Assembly: GCA_964491955.1 (NCBI GenBank)
Contig: CAZBIK010000002.1
Coordinates: 1 to 36,457, forward strand
DNA length: 36,457 bases
DNA from: an uncultured Ferruginibacter sp.
GTDB lineage: Bacteria; Bacteroidota; Bacteroidia; Chitinophagales; Chitinophagaceae
Direction: 5' to 3'
In this document: one piece after another, positions 11,001-19,831 of the stretch
How the letters are laid out: each line of letters opens with the position of its first letter
Numbering within the stretch: position 1 is the first letter of the stretch
Notes under the pieces: generated by a model
Seen by the model: only the letters and a program-made list of their open reading frames with translations
The model's database searches: none
Told to the model about the DNA's origin: nothing
Position numbers and translations under genes: made by a program

Positions 11001-11345
11001 ATTTCTCGGGTTGCCTTCACCGGTACCTACCCATACAACTGATGGATTGGATTGCTGAATGGCAATGGCACCGATGTTCTGTGTTGGCTGCTCATCAAAA
11101 ACAGGTGTCCAGGTATGGCCGCTGTTCTCTGTTTTCCAAACGCCGCCGCTTGCGGCACCCACATAAATGATATCGGGGTTGGCAACAACGGCATCAATGG
11201 CCGTAATGCGGCCGCTCATACCGGCAGGCCCGATACTGCGTGGTTTTAAATTCTTAAAACGGTCAAATGATATTTTTTGGGCCGTACCCCGGGTATTGAA
11301 GGCAATAAAGCACAGGCAAAATAACAACTGCAGTAGTCTTTTCAT
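8097..11345 (-). pseudogene. VPS10/sortilin-like BNR (Asp-box) repeat protein of about 1080 aa, interrupted by one in-frame TAG at 10074-10076
   Basis: ORFs 10074..11345 and 8097..10010 are in the same frame and the gap reads GPAYT*TNGGIRNYYWNNVGGGDGFDVMPDP. Signal peptide, RSIGPAGMSGRI start, and Asp-boxes (KSLDGGKTW, KTTDGGDTW, TRDGGKTW, RTSDYGKTW) occur on both sides of the stop. Confidence 0.85.
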
Positions 11346-11489
11346 GTTGAGTCTTTGAACAATGAAGGTGCAAAAAAAAGATGAACCGGCAAGAACAAAT
11401 TGATGAATGGGCAGGCCGGTCCGGTATACCGGGTAAAAATTTACGGGATATTAAAATATTTATATTTTATTTACACCATAAAAATCTTC

Positions 11490-11981
11490 ATGATGAAATA
11501 TGTACTGATCGCTGTATTGTTTTTTTCTGCCGGATCAAATGCCCAGAAAATGTCAACCATAACCGGCAACGGAAAAAAAATAATGGTTGCCGATATGAGT
11601 TTTATGGACCGCATTACCTGGGGTGGTTACGAACAGATCGGTAAAGCGGCCCAAAGCGAAACGGATGGCGCCGCCAACACCCGGGCCATTGTGGCTGCAG
11701 TAGGCAATAACAGCGGTTACGACGGAAAGATATATGCCGCCAAAGTTTGTGATACCCTTACCCTGGGCGGATTTACCGACTGGTATTTACCCTGCAAAGA
11801 TGAAACGGATATCATTCACCTGAATTATGAACAACTGAAACTGGATGAGAAGATGACCATCTGGAGTTCAACGGAAGCTAACGGTACCCAGGCAGTAACC
11901 AAATATTTTTACAGCGGCGCTTTTTACAATGTGCAAAAAGTTGACCTCTGCCACCTGGTTTGTGTCCGGAAAGCGGATTGA
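11490..11981 (+). CDS. Secreted DUF1566 (Lcl C-terminal)-like protein
   Basis: Signal peptide MMKYVLIAVLFFSAGSNAQ from ATG 11490; motifs DGAANT, C...GGFTDWYLPCKDE, WSSTE and terminal VCVR. Confidence 0.7.
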   Translation: MMKYVLIAVLFFSAGSNAQKMSTITGNGKKIMVADMSFMDRITWGGYEQIGKAAQSETDGAANTRAIVAAVGNNSGYDGKIYAAKVCDTLTLGGFTDWYLPCKDETDIIHLNYEQLKLDEKMTIWSSTEANGTQAVTKYFYSGAFYNVQKVDLCHLVCVRKAD

Positions 11982-12563
11982 TCATTGTTTTTTATCAAAT
12001 TTTTCCTTGGCCTCAGCGGCTTTTTTAAAATCAAGTATCACCGAGTTGATGCAATACCGTAAACCCGTAGGCGGGGGCCCGTCATCAAATACATGTCCTA
12101 AATGGCCCTTGCATTTTCCGCACATCACTTCGGTACGTTTCATGCCATAGGAATTATCCGGGGCATAAATGATACTGCCTTTGCTGATGGGTTCAAAAAA
12201 ACTTGGCCAGCCGCAATTGCTGTCGAATTTGCCATTGCTGTTGAATAATGGATTTCCGCAGGCAGCACAGTAATAGGTTCCGCCTTCTTTATGATCCCAG
12301 AATTTACCGGTAAAAGCCCTTTCGGTACCCTTTTCCCTTGCGATGTGATATACATCTGCAGGCAATATCTTTTTCCATTCCTCATCACTGATCTCTACTT
12401 TGGAAGTATCTGTTTTGCCCACAGGGTCCTGTGGAGAAAAGGCCGGGTTTGTTTTTTTACTGGATTCCATATTTACTGAATTTGATTGTTTGGCCGGCGA
12501 GTTGTTACAACCCGCGGTGAATAATGAAAACAGGATCGGGATAAAAATAAATAGACGCATCAT
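11982..12563 (-). CDS. msrB: Peptide-methionine (R)-S-oxide reductase, predicted lipoprotein
   Basis: GTERAFTG, Zn ligands CAAC and CGKC, CGWPSF, HLGHVFDDGPPPTGLRYCINS; N-terminal hydrophobic stretch ending in lipobox-like TAGC. Confidence 0.95.
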   Translation of the reverse strand: MMRLFIFIPILFSLFTAGCNNSPAKQSNSVNMESSKKTNPAFSPQDPVGKTDTSKVEISDEEWKKILPADVYHIAREKGTERAFTGKFWDHKEGGTYYCAACGNPLFNSNGKFDSNCGWPSFFEPISKGSIIYAPDNSYGMKRTEVMCGKCKGHLGHVFDDGPPPTGLRYCINSVILDFKKAAEAKEKFDKKQ

Positions 12564-12672
12564 GATCTAACAAATTTCGGGTTAAATAGTTTCTTTTAGT
12601 TACGAAATGAGCAGATTTTAAGTTTTTAAACAGCAGATAGGGGTTGTTAATGAATATTTAAAGTACGAAGCT

Positions 12673-12680
12673 TATATTTG
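12673..12680 (+). promoter_or_regulatory. Bacteroidota -7 promoter box upstream of adk
   Basis: TATATTTG matches TAnnTTTG and ends 25 nt before the adk ATG; no well-spaced -33 TTTG was seen. Confidence 0.5.
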
Positions 12681-12705
12681 CTGTCCTGACCAGGACATAA
12701 AACGT

Positions 12706-13281
12706 ATGTTTAATTTAATATTATTTGGCCCTCCCGGGAGTGGAAAAGGTACACAAAGTGAAAAACTGATGGCCAGGTATGGATTAAAACACCTGAGCAC
12801 GGGCGACCTGTTGCGCAATGAGATCAGCCGGCAGACAGCCCTTGGTAAAGAAGCACAGAATTTTATGGATAAGGGGCAGCTGGTACCGGACGAAGTGGTT
12901 ATTGGGATGATCAGCTCTGCCCTGGATGAAAACCCGGAAGCGAAAGGGTTCTTGTTTGACGGCTTTCCCCGCACATCGGCACAGGCAAAGGCCCTGGATG
13001 AATTATTAAAACTGAAAAAAGCGCCGATTGCAGCTATGCTGGCTCTGGATGTGAGTGAAGAGGAACTGGTGAAACGCCTGGTAAAAAGAGGAGAAACCAG
13101 CGGGCGGAGTGATGACAACAATGAACAGGTGATCAGGGCCCGTATTGTGGAATACCATAATAAAACGGCTGTTGTGGCCGACTACTACAGGAAGTTTGAT
13201 AAAGTGGTGATGGTAAAGGGTGAAGGCACCATTGATGATATTTTTAAAAGGCTTTGTAAAGAAATTGATCAAAGGATCTAA
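12706..13281 (+). CDS. adk: Adenylate kinase, short-LID type
   Basis: P-loop GPPGSGKGTQ, HLSTGDLLR, GQLVPDE, FDGFPRT, GRSDD. Confidence 0.97.
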   Translation: MFNLILFGPPGSGKGTQSEKLMARYGLKHLSTGDLLRNEISRQTALGKEAQNFMDKGQLVPDEVVIGMISSALDENPEAKGFLFDGFPRTSAQAKALDELLKLKKAPIAAMLALDVSEEELVKRLVKRGETSGRSDDNNEQVIRARIVEYHNKTAVVADYYRKFDKVVMVKGEGTIDDIFKRLCKEIDQRI

Positions 13282-13304
13282 CCGGATTTTTAACCCATTT
13301 GCCC

Positions 13305-13336
13305 AGGCATCCCTTTACCGGGGTGCTTTTTTATTT
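13305..13336 (+). terminator. Probable intrinsic terminator after adk
   Basis: AGGCATCCC-TTTACCG-GGGTGCTT stem (with G-U pairs) followed by TTTTATTT. Confidence 0.6.
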
Positions 13337-13361
13337 ACATTGTGTAACTAAAAATTTTTTT

Positions 13362-13829
13362 ATGGATCTGCAGAAATTACATTTTATTACAGAAGACTGT
13401 ATTCCGCTCTTTAAAAGTTTAACAGCAGGCTCCATTGGCAGTTGGGGCAAGATGAATGGCCAGCAGGCGGTTGAGCATGTTGCTGCTTTTTTTTATGTGT
13501 CGTCCGGGAAAATAAAATTTGACCTGGTAACCCCGGTTGAACACCTGCCTAAATTTAAGGAGTTCCTGCTGAGTGAGAAGCCATTCAGGGAAAACACAAA
13601 AGCACCAGGGAACGTAATTGGAGAAGAACCTCTGCCTTTGCGCCATGGCAGTATGGAAGAATCGCTGCAGGACCTTTCAGCATCCATCGCTGATTTTAAT
13701 AATTATTTTAAAGAGCATCCGGGATCAAAGACCCTTCACCCGGTTTTTGGAGAACTGGACCATACCGAATGGGTGTTGCTCCATTACAAACATGTAACCC
13801 ATCATTTGCGGCAGTTTGGGTTGATGTAA
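13362..13829 (+). CDS. DinB-superfamily (DUF1569-like) protein
   Basis: Probable start ATG 13362 (MDLQKL); WGKMNGQQAVEH, HPVFGEL and HYKHVTHHLRQFG His motifs typical of the DinB/YfiT fold. Confidence 0.75.
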   Translation: MDLQKLHFITEDCIPLFKSLTAGSIGSWGKMNGQQAVEHVAAFFYVSSGKIKFDLVTPVEHLPKFKEFLLSEKPFRENTKAPGNVIGEEPLPLRHGSMEESLQDLSASIADFNNYFKEHPGSKTLHPVFGELDHTEWVLLHYKHVTHHLRQFGLM

Positions 13830-13844
13830 CAATTTTTTTATGGA

Positions 13845-13888
13845 AGGGAAGTCAAGCTTACAAAGCCTGGCTTCCCTGGTTTCTTTTT
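13845..13888 (+). terminator. Long hairpin or terminator between the DinB-like gene and paaZ
   Basis: AGGGAAGTCAAGCT / AGCCTGGCTTCCCT 14-bp imperfect stem followed by GGTTTCTTTTT. Confidence 0.5.
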
Positions 13889-13921
13889 AAGTTAACTTAG
13901 CAGATCAAATATAATGACCGA

Positions 13922-16012
13922 ATGAAACTCGAAAACTATATAACCGGAAACTGGATTACCGGTGATGGCGAAGGGCAACAATTATATAATGCAGTAACAG
14001 GAGAACCGATTTCAGCAGCCACAACAAAGGGACTTGACTTTAAACAAATTCTTGATTATGGCCGATCTGTTGGTAACCCGGCACTGCGCAAAATGACCTT
14101 TCATGAACGGGGCAATATGCTGAAGGCCCTGGCACTTCATTTGAGAAACCACCTCGATGCATTTTATGCCATCAGTTATAAGACCGGCGCAACCAAAGCC
14201 GACAGCTGGGTAGATATTGAAGGTGGCATCGGTAATTTATTTGCCAATGCCTCGCTGCGGCGCAAATTTCCAAACGAGGTTTTTTGTGTGGATGGCGACA
14301 GCCATAACCTGGGCACCAACAATACTTTTATGGGCACGCATATCCTGGTGCCCAAAGAAGGAATTGCCGTGCACATCAATGCGTTTAATTTCCCGGTATG
14401 GGGCATGCTGGAAAAAATTGCCGTGAATTTACTGGCGGGGATGCCCTGCGTGGTAAAACCGGCTACGGTTACCAGTTATTTAACTGAGGCAGTTGTAAAA
14501 GAGATCATTGCCTCAAAAATTTTACCCGAAGGCTCCCTGCAGTTATTGTGCGGCAGCGCCGGGGATCTGCTGGACCATGTTACATCGCAGGATGTGGTCA
14601 CCTTCACCGGCTCTGCATCAACGGGCCTGTTGTTGAAATCAAACCCGGTCATCTTACGGGAGAATGTGCCTTTTAATATGGAAGCCGACTCGCTCAACTG
14701 CATTGTACTGGGCGAAGATGTTACGCCCGGTAAACCCGAATGGAATATTTTTATAAAGGAGGTACGGAAAGAAATGACATTGAAAGCCGGGCAACGCTGC
14801 ACGGGTATACGCAGAATATTTGTCCCGGAAAATAAAATGGAGGACGTCTGGAAAGACATCAGTACATCACTCTCGCAAACCACCATTGGCAACCCCTTGA
14901 ATGCAACCGTGCGGATGGGATCGCTGGCCGGGCAAACACAGCGCAATGAAGTTAAGGAACAGGTACAAAAATTACTCGCTTCTTCGCAAATGGTCTACGG
15001 CAGCCTGGACAGTGTGGAGGTAATTGATGCGGATGTAAATAAGGGCGCCTTTATGTCTCCGGTTTTATTAAAAAACGAATCACCCTGGGGCGTTGTTCCC
15101 GGGTACAGTACAAACCCATCACATGAGGTGGAAGCCTTTGGGCCGGTGAGTACCATCATGCCTTACCAAAAAACCGATGAAGCGGTTGCATTAAGCAAGC
15201 TGGGCAAGGGAAGCCTGGTTTCAACCATTGTTACAGCGGATGATAAAATAGCCAGGCAATATGTAATTGGTGCTGCAACGCACCATGGCAGGATCCTGGT
15301 GTTGAATAACGAATGTGCCAAAGAAAGTACCGGGCATGGCTCGCCACTGCCTTTGCTGGTTCATGGCGGCCCGGGCCGTGCAGGCGGGGGTGAAGAAATG
15401 GGTGGACTGCGCGGTGTGAAGCATTACCTGCAGCGCACGGCGATACAGGGTTCGCCAACAACCATCACTGCCATTACCAATGTATACCAGCAATATGCTG
15501 CAGGTAAAGATCCGGGTAAACACCCGTTTACAAAATATTTTGAAGAACTGGAAGTAGGTGAACAGATCATTACTGAAAAAAGAACCATCACCTCCGAAGA
15601 CATTGACCGGTTTGCCGACCTGAGCGGGGATCATTTTTATGCCCACATCAAAACAACCGATTTTGAAGGCACCATGTTTGAGCAACAGGTGGCACATGGT
15701 TATTTTATCATGAGCATTGCTGCCGGTTTATTTGTGGACAGCTATGAAAAAAACCCGGTGCTGCTGAATTACGGCATTGATGAACTGCGGTTTACCAAAC
15801 CGGTTTACCCCGGTGCTGAAATTCATATCCGGTTTACCTGCAAGCAAAAATTATTAAATGATAAACGTGTTGTTGAAAAGCCGGAAGACCTTAAGCGTGG
15901 CGACGATATTGATAAAGGCATTGTAAAATGGCTGGTGGAGATGATCGATGAAACCGGCGAGGTAACCGGGGTTGCCACTATTTTAACCATGGTTGCCAAA
16001 AAAGAGCAATAA
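13922..16012 (+). CDS. paaZ: Phenylacetate degradation bifunctional protein PaaZ (aldehyde dehydrogenase plus MaoC-like hydratase)
   Basis: DIEGGIG, HINAFNFPVWGMLEK, FTGSASTG, MEADSLN, GQRCT catalytic Cys, EAFGPV, HGGPGRAGGGEE; C-terminal MaoC motif FADLSGDHFYAH...AHGYF. Confidence 0.95.
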   Translation: MKLENYITGNWITGDGEGQQLYNAVTGEPISAATTKGLDFKQILDYGRSVGNPALRKMTFHERGNMLKALALHLRNHLDAFYAISYKTGATKADSWVDIEGGIGNLFANASLRRKFPNEVFCVDGDSHNLGTNNTFMGTHILVPKEGIAVHINAFNFPVWGMLEKIAVNLLAGMPCVVKPATVTSYLTEAVVKEIIASKILPEGSLQLLCGSAGDLLDHVTSQDVVTFTGSASTGLLLKSNPVILRENVPFNMEADSLNCIVLGEDVTPGKPEWNIFIKEVRKEMTLKAGQRCTGIRRIFVPENKMEDVWKDISTSLSQTTIGNPLNATVRMGSLAGQTQRNEVKEQVQKLLASSQMVYGSLDSVEVIDADVNKGAFMSPVLLKNESPWGVVPGYSTNPSHEVEAFGPVSTIMPYQKTDEAVALSKLGKGSLVSTIVTADDKIARQYVIGAATHHGRILVLNNECAKESTGHGSPLPLLVHGGPGRAGGGEEMGGLRGVKHYLQRTAIQGSPTTITAITNVYQQYAAGKDPGKHPFTKYFEELEVGEQIITEKRTITSEDIDRFADLSGDHFYAHIKTTDFEGTMFEQQVAHGYFIMSIAAGLFVDSYEKNPVLLNYGIDELRFTKPVYPGAEIHIRFTCKQKLLNDKRVVEKPEDLKRGDDIDKGIVKWLVEMIDETGEVTGVATILTMVAKKEQ

Positions 16013-16025
16013 GATTGTGTAATTT

Positions 16026-16033
16026 TATCTTTG
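16026..16033 (+). promoter_or_regulatory. Possible -7 box for the enoyl-CoA hydratase gene
   Basis: TATCTTTG (TAnnTTTG) in the 34-nt gap, ending 13 nt before ATG 16047. Confidence 0.45.
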
Positions 16034-16046
16034 AAAAATATTTTTT

Positions 16047-16817
16047 ATGAACGCAGAAGCATATGTAAAAAGCCATATTGAACACGGCATCAATACCATT
16101 GAATTTTATCATCCGCAAAGCAACAGCCTGCCCGGGAAGATACTGGAAGAACTGGCCCGTGAAATTCATTTTGCCGGAACCCATGATGATACCAAAGTAA
16201 TTATTTTGAGAAGCGGCGGCGAAAAGACATTTTGTTCGGGAGCCAGTTTTGATGAGCTGGCGGCCATCAAAAATGAGCAGGAAGGTTTGCGGTTCTTCAG
16301 CGGCTTTGCCAATGTGATCAATGCCATGCGCAAATGCCCGAAGTTCATTATTGGCCGTATACAGGGCCGCTGTGTTGGCGGCGGTGTAGGGCTTGTTTCT
16401 GCAGTTGATTATGCCATTGCAACGGATAAGGCTGATATTAAACTAAGTGAACTTGCTGTAGGCATCGGGCCCTTTGTGGTTGGCCCGGCAGTGGAAAGAA
16501 AAATAGGCACGGCAGCGTTCAGTGCCCTGGCAATCGATGCAACCAACTGGCGAAGTACGGATTGGGCCAAGCGCAAGGGCCTTTTTGCAGAAATATACAA
16601 CAGCACTGAAAATATGGATGAGGCTGTTTATAACCTGGCCAATACCCTGGCACACGCCAATCCCGTTGCCATGGCCCAGATGAAAAAAATATTCTGGAAA
16701 GGAGCCGAGCATTGGGATGAATTGCTAAAGGAAAGGGCCGCGATCAGCGGTAAACTGGTATTGGGGGAATTTACCAGGAAAGCCATTGAAAAATTTAAAA
16801 TGGCCTCAAAGCAATAA
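16047..16817 (+). CDS. Enoyl-CoA hydratase/isomerase (crotonase) family protein
   Basis: FCSGASFDEL, CPKFIIGRIQGRCVGGGVGLVSAVD, LSELAVGIGP. Confidence 0.92.
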   Translation: MNAEAYVKSHIEHGINTIEFYHPQSNSLPGKILEELAREIHFAGTHDDTKVIILRSGGEKTFCSGASFDELAAIKNEQEGLRFFSGFANVINAMRKCPKFIIGRIQGRCVGGGVGLVSAVDYAIATDKADIKLSELAVGIGPFVVGPAVERKIGTAAFSALAIDATNWRSTDWAKRKGLFAEIYNSTENMDEAVYNLANTLAHANPVAMAQMKKIFWKGAEHWDELLKERAAISGKLVLGEFTRKAIEKFKMASKQ

Positions 16818-16852
16818 AAGGACGGGATGATTGTTAAATCATTATTATACTG

Positions 16853-16881
16853 AAGACCGGTTTTGCCGGTCTTTTCTTTTT
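16853..16881 (+). terminator. Intrinsic terminator after the hydratase gene
   Basis: AAGACCGG-TTTTG-CCGGTCTT followed by TTCTTTTT. Confidence 0.85.
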
Positions 16882-17013
16882 AAACCTTTTTGTAAATCAA
16901 TTGTTTATTGAAAGCACGAATTGTTGGATTGGCGTCATTTTTTTCATTTATATGGGCAGTTCATACCTGAATCTTGGTTTAAAAAATGATATGTATTATC
17001 TTGCACCCCTATT

Positions 17014-17385
17014 ATGAACAAAAGGCGTAAAATATATAGTGTCTCACAGCTGGTATCTGCCGTTGTCATGATCATGGCATTGATGTGGCTTACCGTAAGC
17101 ACTCCTTTTGTTTATGCCTGCCAGCAGGAACTGGCCAAACAGCAAAAAACGGAAAAAGCCGGCTCACCCGTTGCGGGCAGTGAAGAAGAAACCACCAAGA
17201 TACCCAATACCAATACTGAAGAAAAAACACCCGGCAATACTTCTTTATCTGAAGAATACCTCCATAATAATCACAAAGCAGATTATTCATTCGCTATATC
17301 CCTGCAGTATCAAAAATGTGATAATGCAGGCACTTATATTGCCTACCACGGCGAACTTCTCGTCCCTCCACCCAACGTACTTTAA
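17014..17385 (+). CDS. Small membrane-anchored protein, candidate leader/arrest peptide of the SulP-CA-DAB operon (uORF-A)
   Basis: 123 aa; basic N-terminus plus hydrophobic helix, polar/acidic linker, C-terminal HGELLVPPPNVL; first ORF after a terminator and 123 nt before the SulP gene. The leader role is inference. Confidence 0.7.
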   Translation: MNKRRKIYSVSQLVSAVVMIMALMWLTVSTPFVYACQQELAKQQKTEKAGSPVAGSEEETTKIPNTNTEEKTPGNTSLSEEYLHNNHKADYSFAISLQYQKCDNAGTYIAYHGELLVPPPNVL

Positions 17386-17508
17386 TTTCATCTTCATTTA
17401 TTTTTAATGGCACCGCATTGTGCCAGGTTCCTTATTATTTTAAAGCAATCTTATTATCCGGTTTGATGGTAATACTATTCTTTTATAATTAAATCAAAAG
17501 AGTTTTTC

Positions 17509-19065
17509 ATGAAAAATAATAACCTGTTTAAAGAATTTAAGAATGACCTTCCGGCGAGTATTGTTGTATTTTTTGTAGCAGTTCCTTTATGCCTGGGTAT
17601 TGCACTGGCTTCGGGTGCACCCTTGTTTTCCGGTATTATTGCAGGAATTGTGGGCGGTATAATAGTAGGTATTGCCAGTGGATCACCATTGGGTGTTAGT
17701 GGCCCTGCTGCCGGGCTTGCTGTGATCGTATTAACTGCTATCGGTACGCTGGGGTCCTTCCAGGCTTTTTTACTGTCGGTTGTTATAGCCGGATTTATCC
17801 AACTGGCACTCGGCTTTGCCAAAGCTGGTTTTATTGCCTACTTTTTTCCTTCCTCTGTTATTAAAGGAATGCTTACCGGTATCGGGCTTCTTATTATCTT
17901 AAAACAAATTCCCCATGCTTTGGGCTGGGATAAGGACCCGGAAGGAGATGATGCTTTTATACAGGCAGACGGTCAGAATACATTTTCTGAAATTGCCCAG
18001 GCGTTGGATTTTATAACTCCGGGAGCCGCATTGATAGCAGTTATTTCATTAGCTATCCTGATATTGTGGGATTCAGTATTAACCAAAAAACATAAAATCT
18101 TTCAACTGATACAGGGTCCCATTGTTGTGGTAATTCTGGGAATTGTAATGAATTATCTGTTTAAATCAGGAATGCTGAATTTTAGTTTGGCAGAGGACCA
18201 GGTTGTAAGGTTGCCGGTTGCGAACAATTTCACGGAATTTTTCAACCAGTTTACTTTTCCGGATTTTTCAGCGATAACAAATTTTGAAGTTTGGAAAATA
18301 GCGCTTGTAATGGCCATTGTTGCAAGCCTTGAAACATTATTATGTGTAGAGGCTACCGACAAAATGGACCCGGATAAAAGAGTTACACCCACCAACCGTG
18401 AATTAAAAGCACAGGGTTTAGGTAATATTGTTTCAGGGCTAATTGGAGGTTTACCGGTAACACAGGTTATTGTACGCAGCTCGGCTAATATAAATTTTGG
18501 CGGCAAAACAAAATTATCAGCCATACTTCATGGAGTTTTCTTATTGGTCTCGGCTATAACCATAGCCGGCTTATTGAACATGATACCGCTTGCAAGTTTA
18601 GCAGCCATTTTACTGATGGTGGGTTATAAGCTAGCAAAACCCATGCTTTTTAAACAGATGTACAGTTTGGGATGGGAACAGTTTATCCCTTTTGTGGCTA
18701 CTGTTATTGGTATTTTAGCTACAGACCTGTTAAGGGGGATTACCATCGGTATGTTGTTCGGTATTTTTTACACACTTCGTCATAGCTATCGTAATTCTCA
18801 CTATATGAAAGAAACGGTTACAACAGAAGATGGACATGAAGTGCATCATATTGTACTGGCAGAAGAGGTTTCTTTTTTTAATAAGGCAAGCGTGATTAAA
18901 GAACTTGAAGAGATCCCCAAGAATTCAAAAGTTATTATTGACTGCACCAAATCCAAATCCATTGCATACGATGTAGTGGAACTCATCCGCGATTTCAGGA
19001 GCAATGCCAAAACAAAAAACATAACAGTTGAGACGGTCAACTTTATTGAACCGTCTTTAAAATAA
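17509..19065 (+). CDS. SulP/SLC26-family anion transporter (probably bicarbonate) with short STAS-like C-terminus
   Basis: DLPASIVVFFVAVPLCLGIALASG, VSGPAAGL, ASLETLL, NRELKAQGLGN, GGLPVTQVIVRSSAN; many TM segments; adjacent to a carbonic anhydrase. The substrate is inferred from context. Confidence 0.92.
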   Translation: MKNNNLFKEFKNDLPASIVVFFVAVPLCLGIALASGAPLFSGIIAGIVGGIIVGIASGSPLGVSGPAAGLAVIVLTAIGTLGSFQAFLLSVVIAGFIQLALGFAKAGFIAYFFPSSVIKGMLTGIGLLIILKQIPHALGWDKDPEGDDAFIQADGQNTFSEIAQALDFITPGAALIAVISLAILILWDSVLTKKHKIFQLIQGPIVVVILGIVMNYLFKSGMLNFSLAEDQVVRLPVANNFTEFFNQFTFPDFSAITNFEVWKIALVMAIVASLETLLCVEATDKMDPDKRVTPTNRELKAQGLGNIVSGLIGGLPVTQVIVRSSANINFGGKTKLSAILHGVFLLVSAITIAGLLNMIPLASLAAILLMVGYKLAKPMLFKQMYSLGWEQFIPFVATVIGILATDLLRGITIGMLFGIFYTLRHSYRNSHYMKETVTTEDGHEVHHIVLAEEVSFFNKASVIKELEEIPKNSKVIIDCTKSKSIAYDVVELIRDFRSNAKTKNITVETVNFIEPSLK

Positions 19066-19097
19066 AATTTTTATTAAACATTAAAGCAGATTAAAAA

Positions 19098-19787
19098 ATG
19101 AGAGTTCATACAAAAGAAACACAATCAAGTTTAACACCCAGGATGGCACTGGAGATTTTACAGGAAGGGAACGGGCGGTTTGTTAAAAATTTAAAAGCAC
19201 AAAGAGATCTGTTGGCCCAGGTGAATGCCACCCGTGACGGGCAATGGCCATTTGCCACCATACTTAGCTGTATTGACAGCCGCACATCATCCGAGTTGAT
19301 TTTCGACCAGGGACTGGGCGATGTTTTTTCAATCAGAATTGCCGGAAATATTGTGAATACCGACATCCTGGGCAGTATGGAGTTTGCCTGTAAAGTAGCA
19401 GGGTCAAAGCTCATAGTCGTTCTTGGGCACACCAAATGCGGGGCAGTAAAAGGCGCCTGCGACCATGTGGAAATGGGCAATCTTACCGAGTTGTTATCCA
19501 AACTGCAGCCTGCAGTTTACTCCGAATCTGAAACTACGGCTGCTGACAAGAGAAATTCAAAAAACGGAAAATTTGTGGAGAATGTAGCTACCCTGAATGT
19601 GAAACGTGGTGTGAAGAATATTATTGAGCGCAGTTTTATTCTGGAAGAAATGTTGAACAAAGGTGAAATCGGGATTGTTGGGGCCATGTATAATATTGAT
19701 ACGGGAAAAGTGGATTTTTATAAAGATGTATCATATATCAAGGATGAAAAAAATCCAAAATTCAGCCTGGCCGAACTAAGGCATTAA
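19098..19787 (+). CDS. Beta-class carbonic anhydrase, cytoplasmic
   Basis: LQEGNGRF, Zn ligands SCIDSR and GHTKCGAV, IFDQGLGDVFSIRIAGN; no signal peptide. Confidence 0.95.
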   Translation: MRVHTKETQSSLTPRMALEILQEGNGRFVKNLKAQRDLLAQVNATRDGQWPFATILSCIDSRTSSELIFDQGLGDVFSIRIAGNIVNTDILGSMEFACKVAGSKLIVVLGHTKCGAVKGACDHVEMGNLTELLSKLQPAVYSESETTAADKRNSKNGKFVENVATLNVKRGVKNIIERSFILEEMLNKGEIGIVGAMYNIDTGKVDFYKDVSYIKDEKNPKFSLAELRH

Positions 19788-19831
19788 TTTTTAAACAGGG
19801 TTGGATATAATTTCCAGCCCGATTTTTTTAT

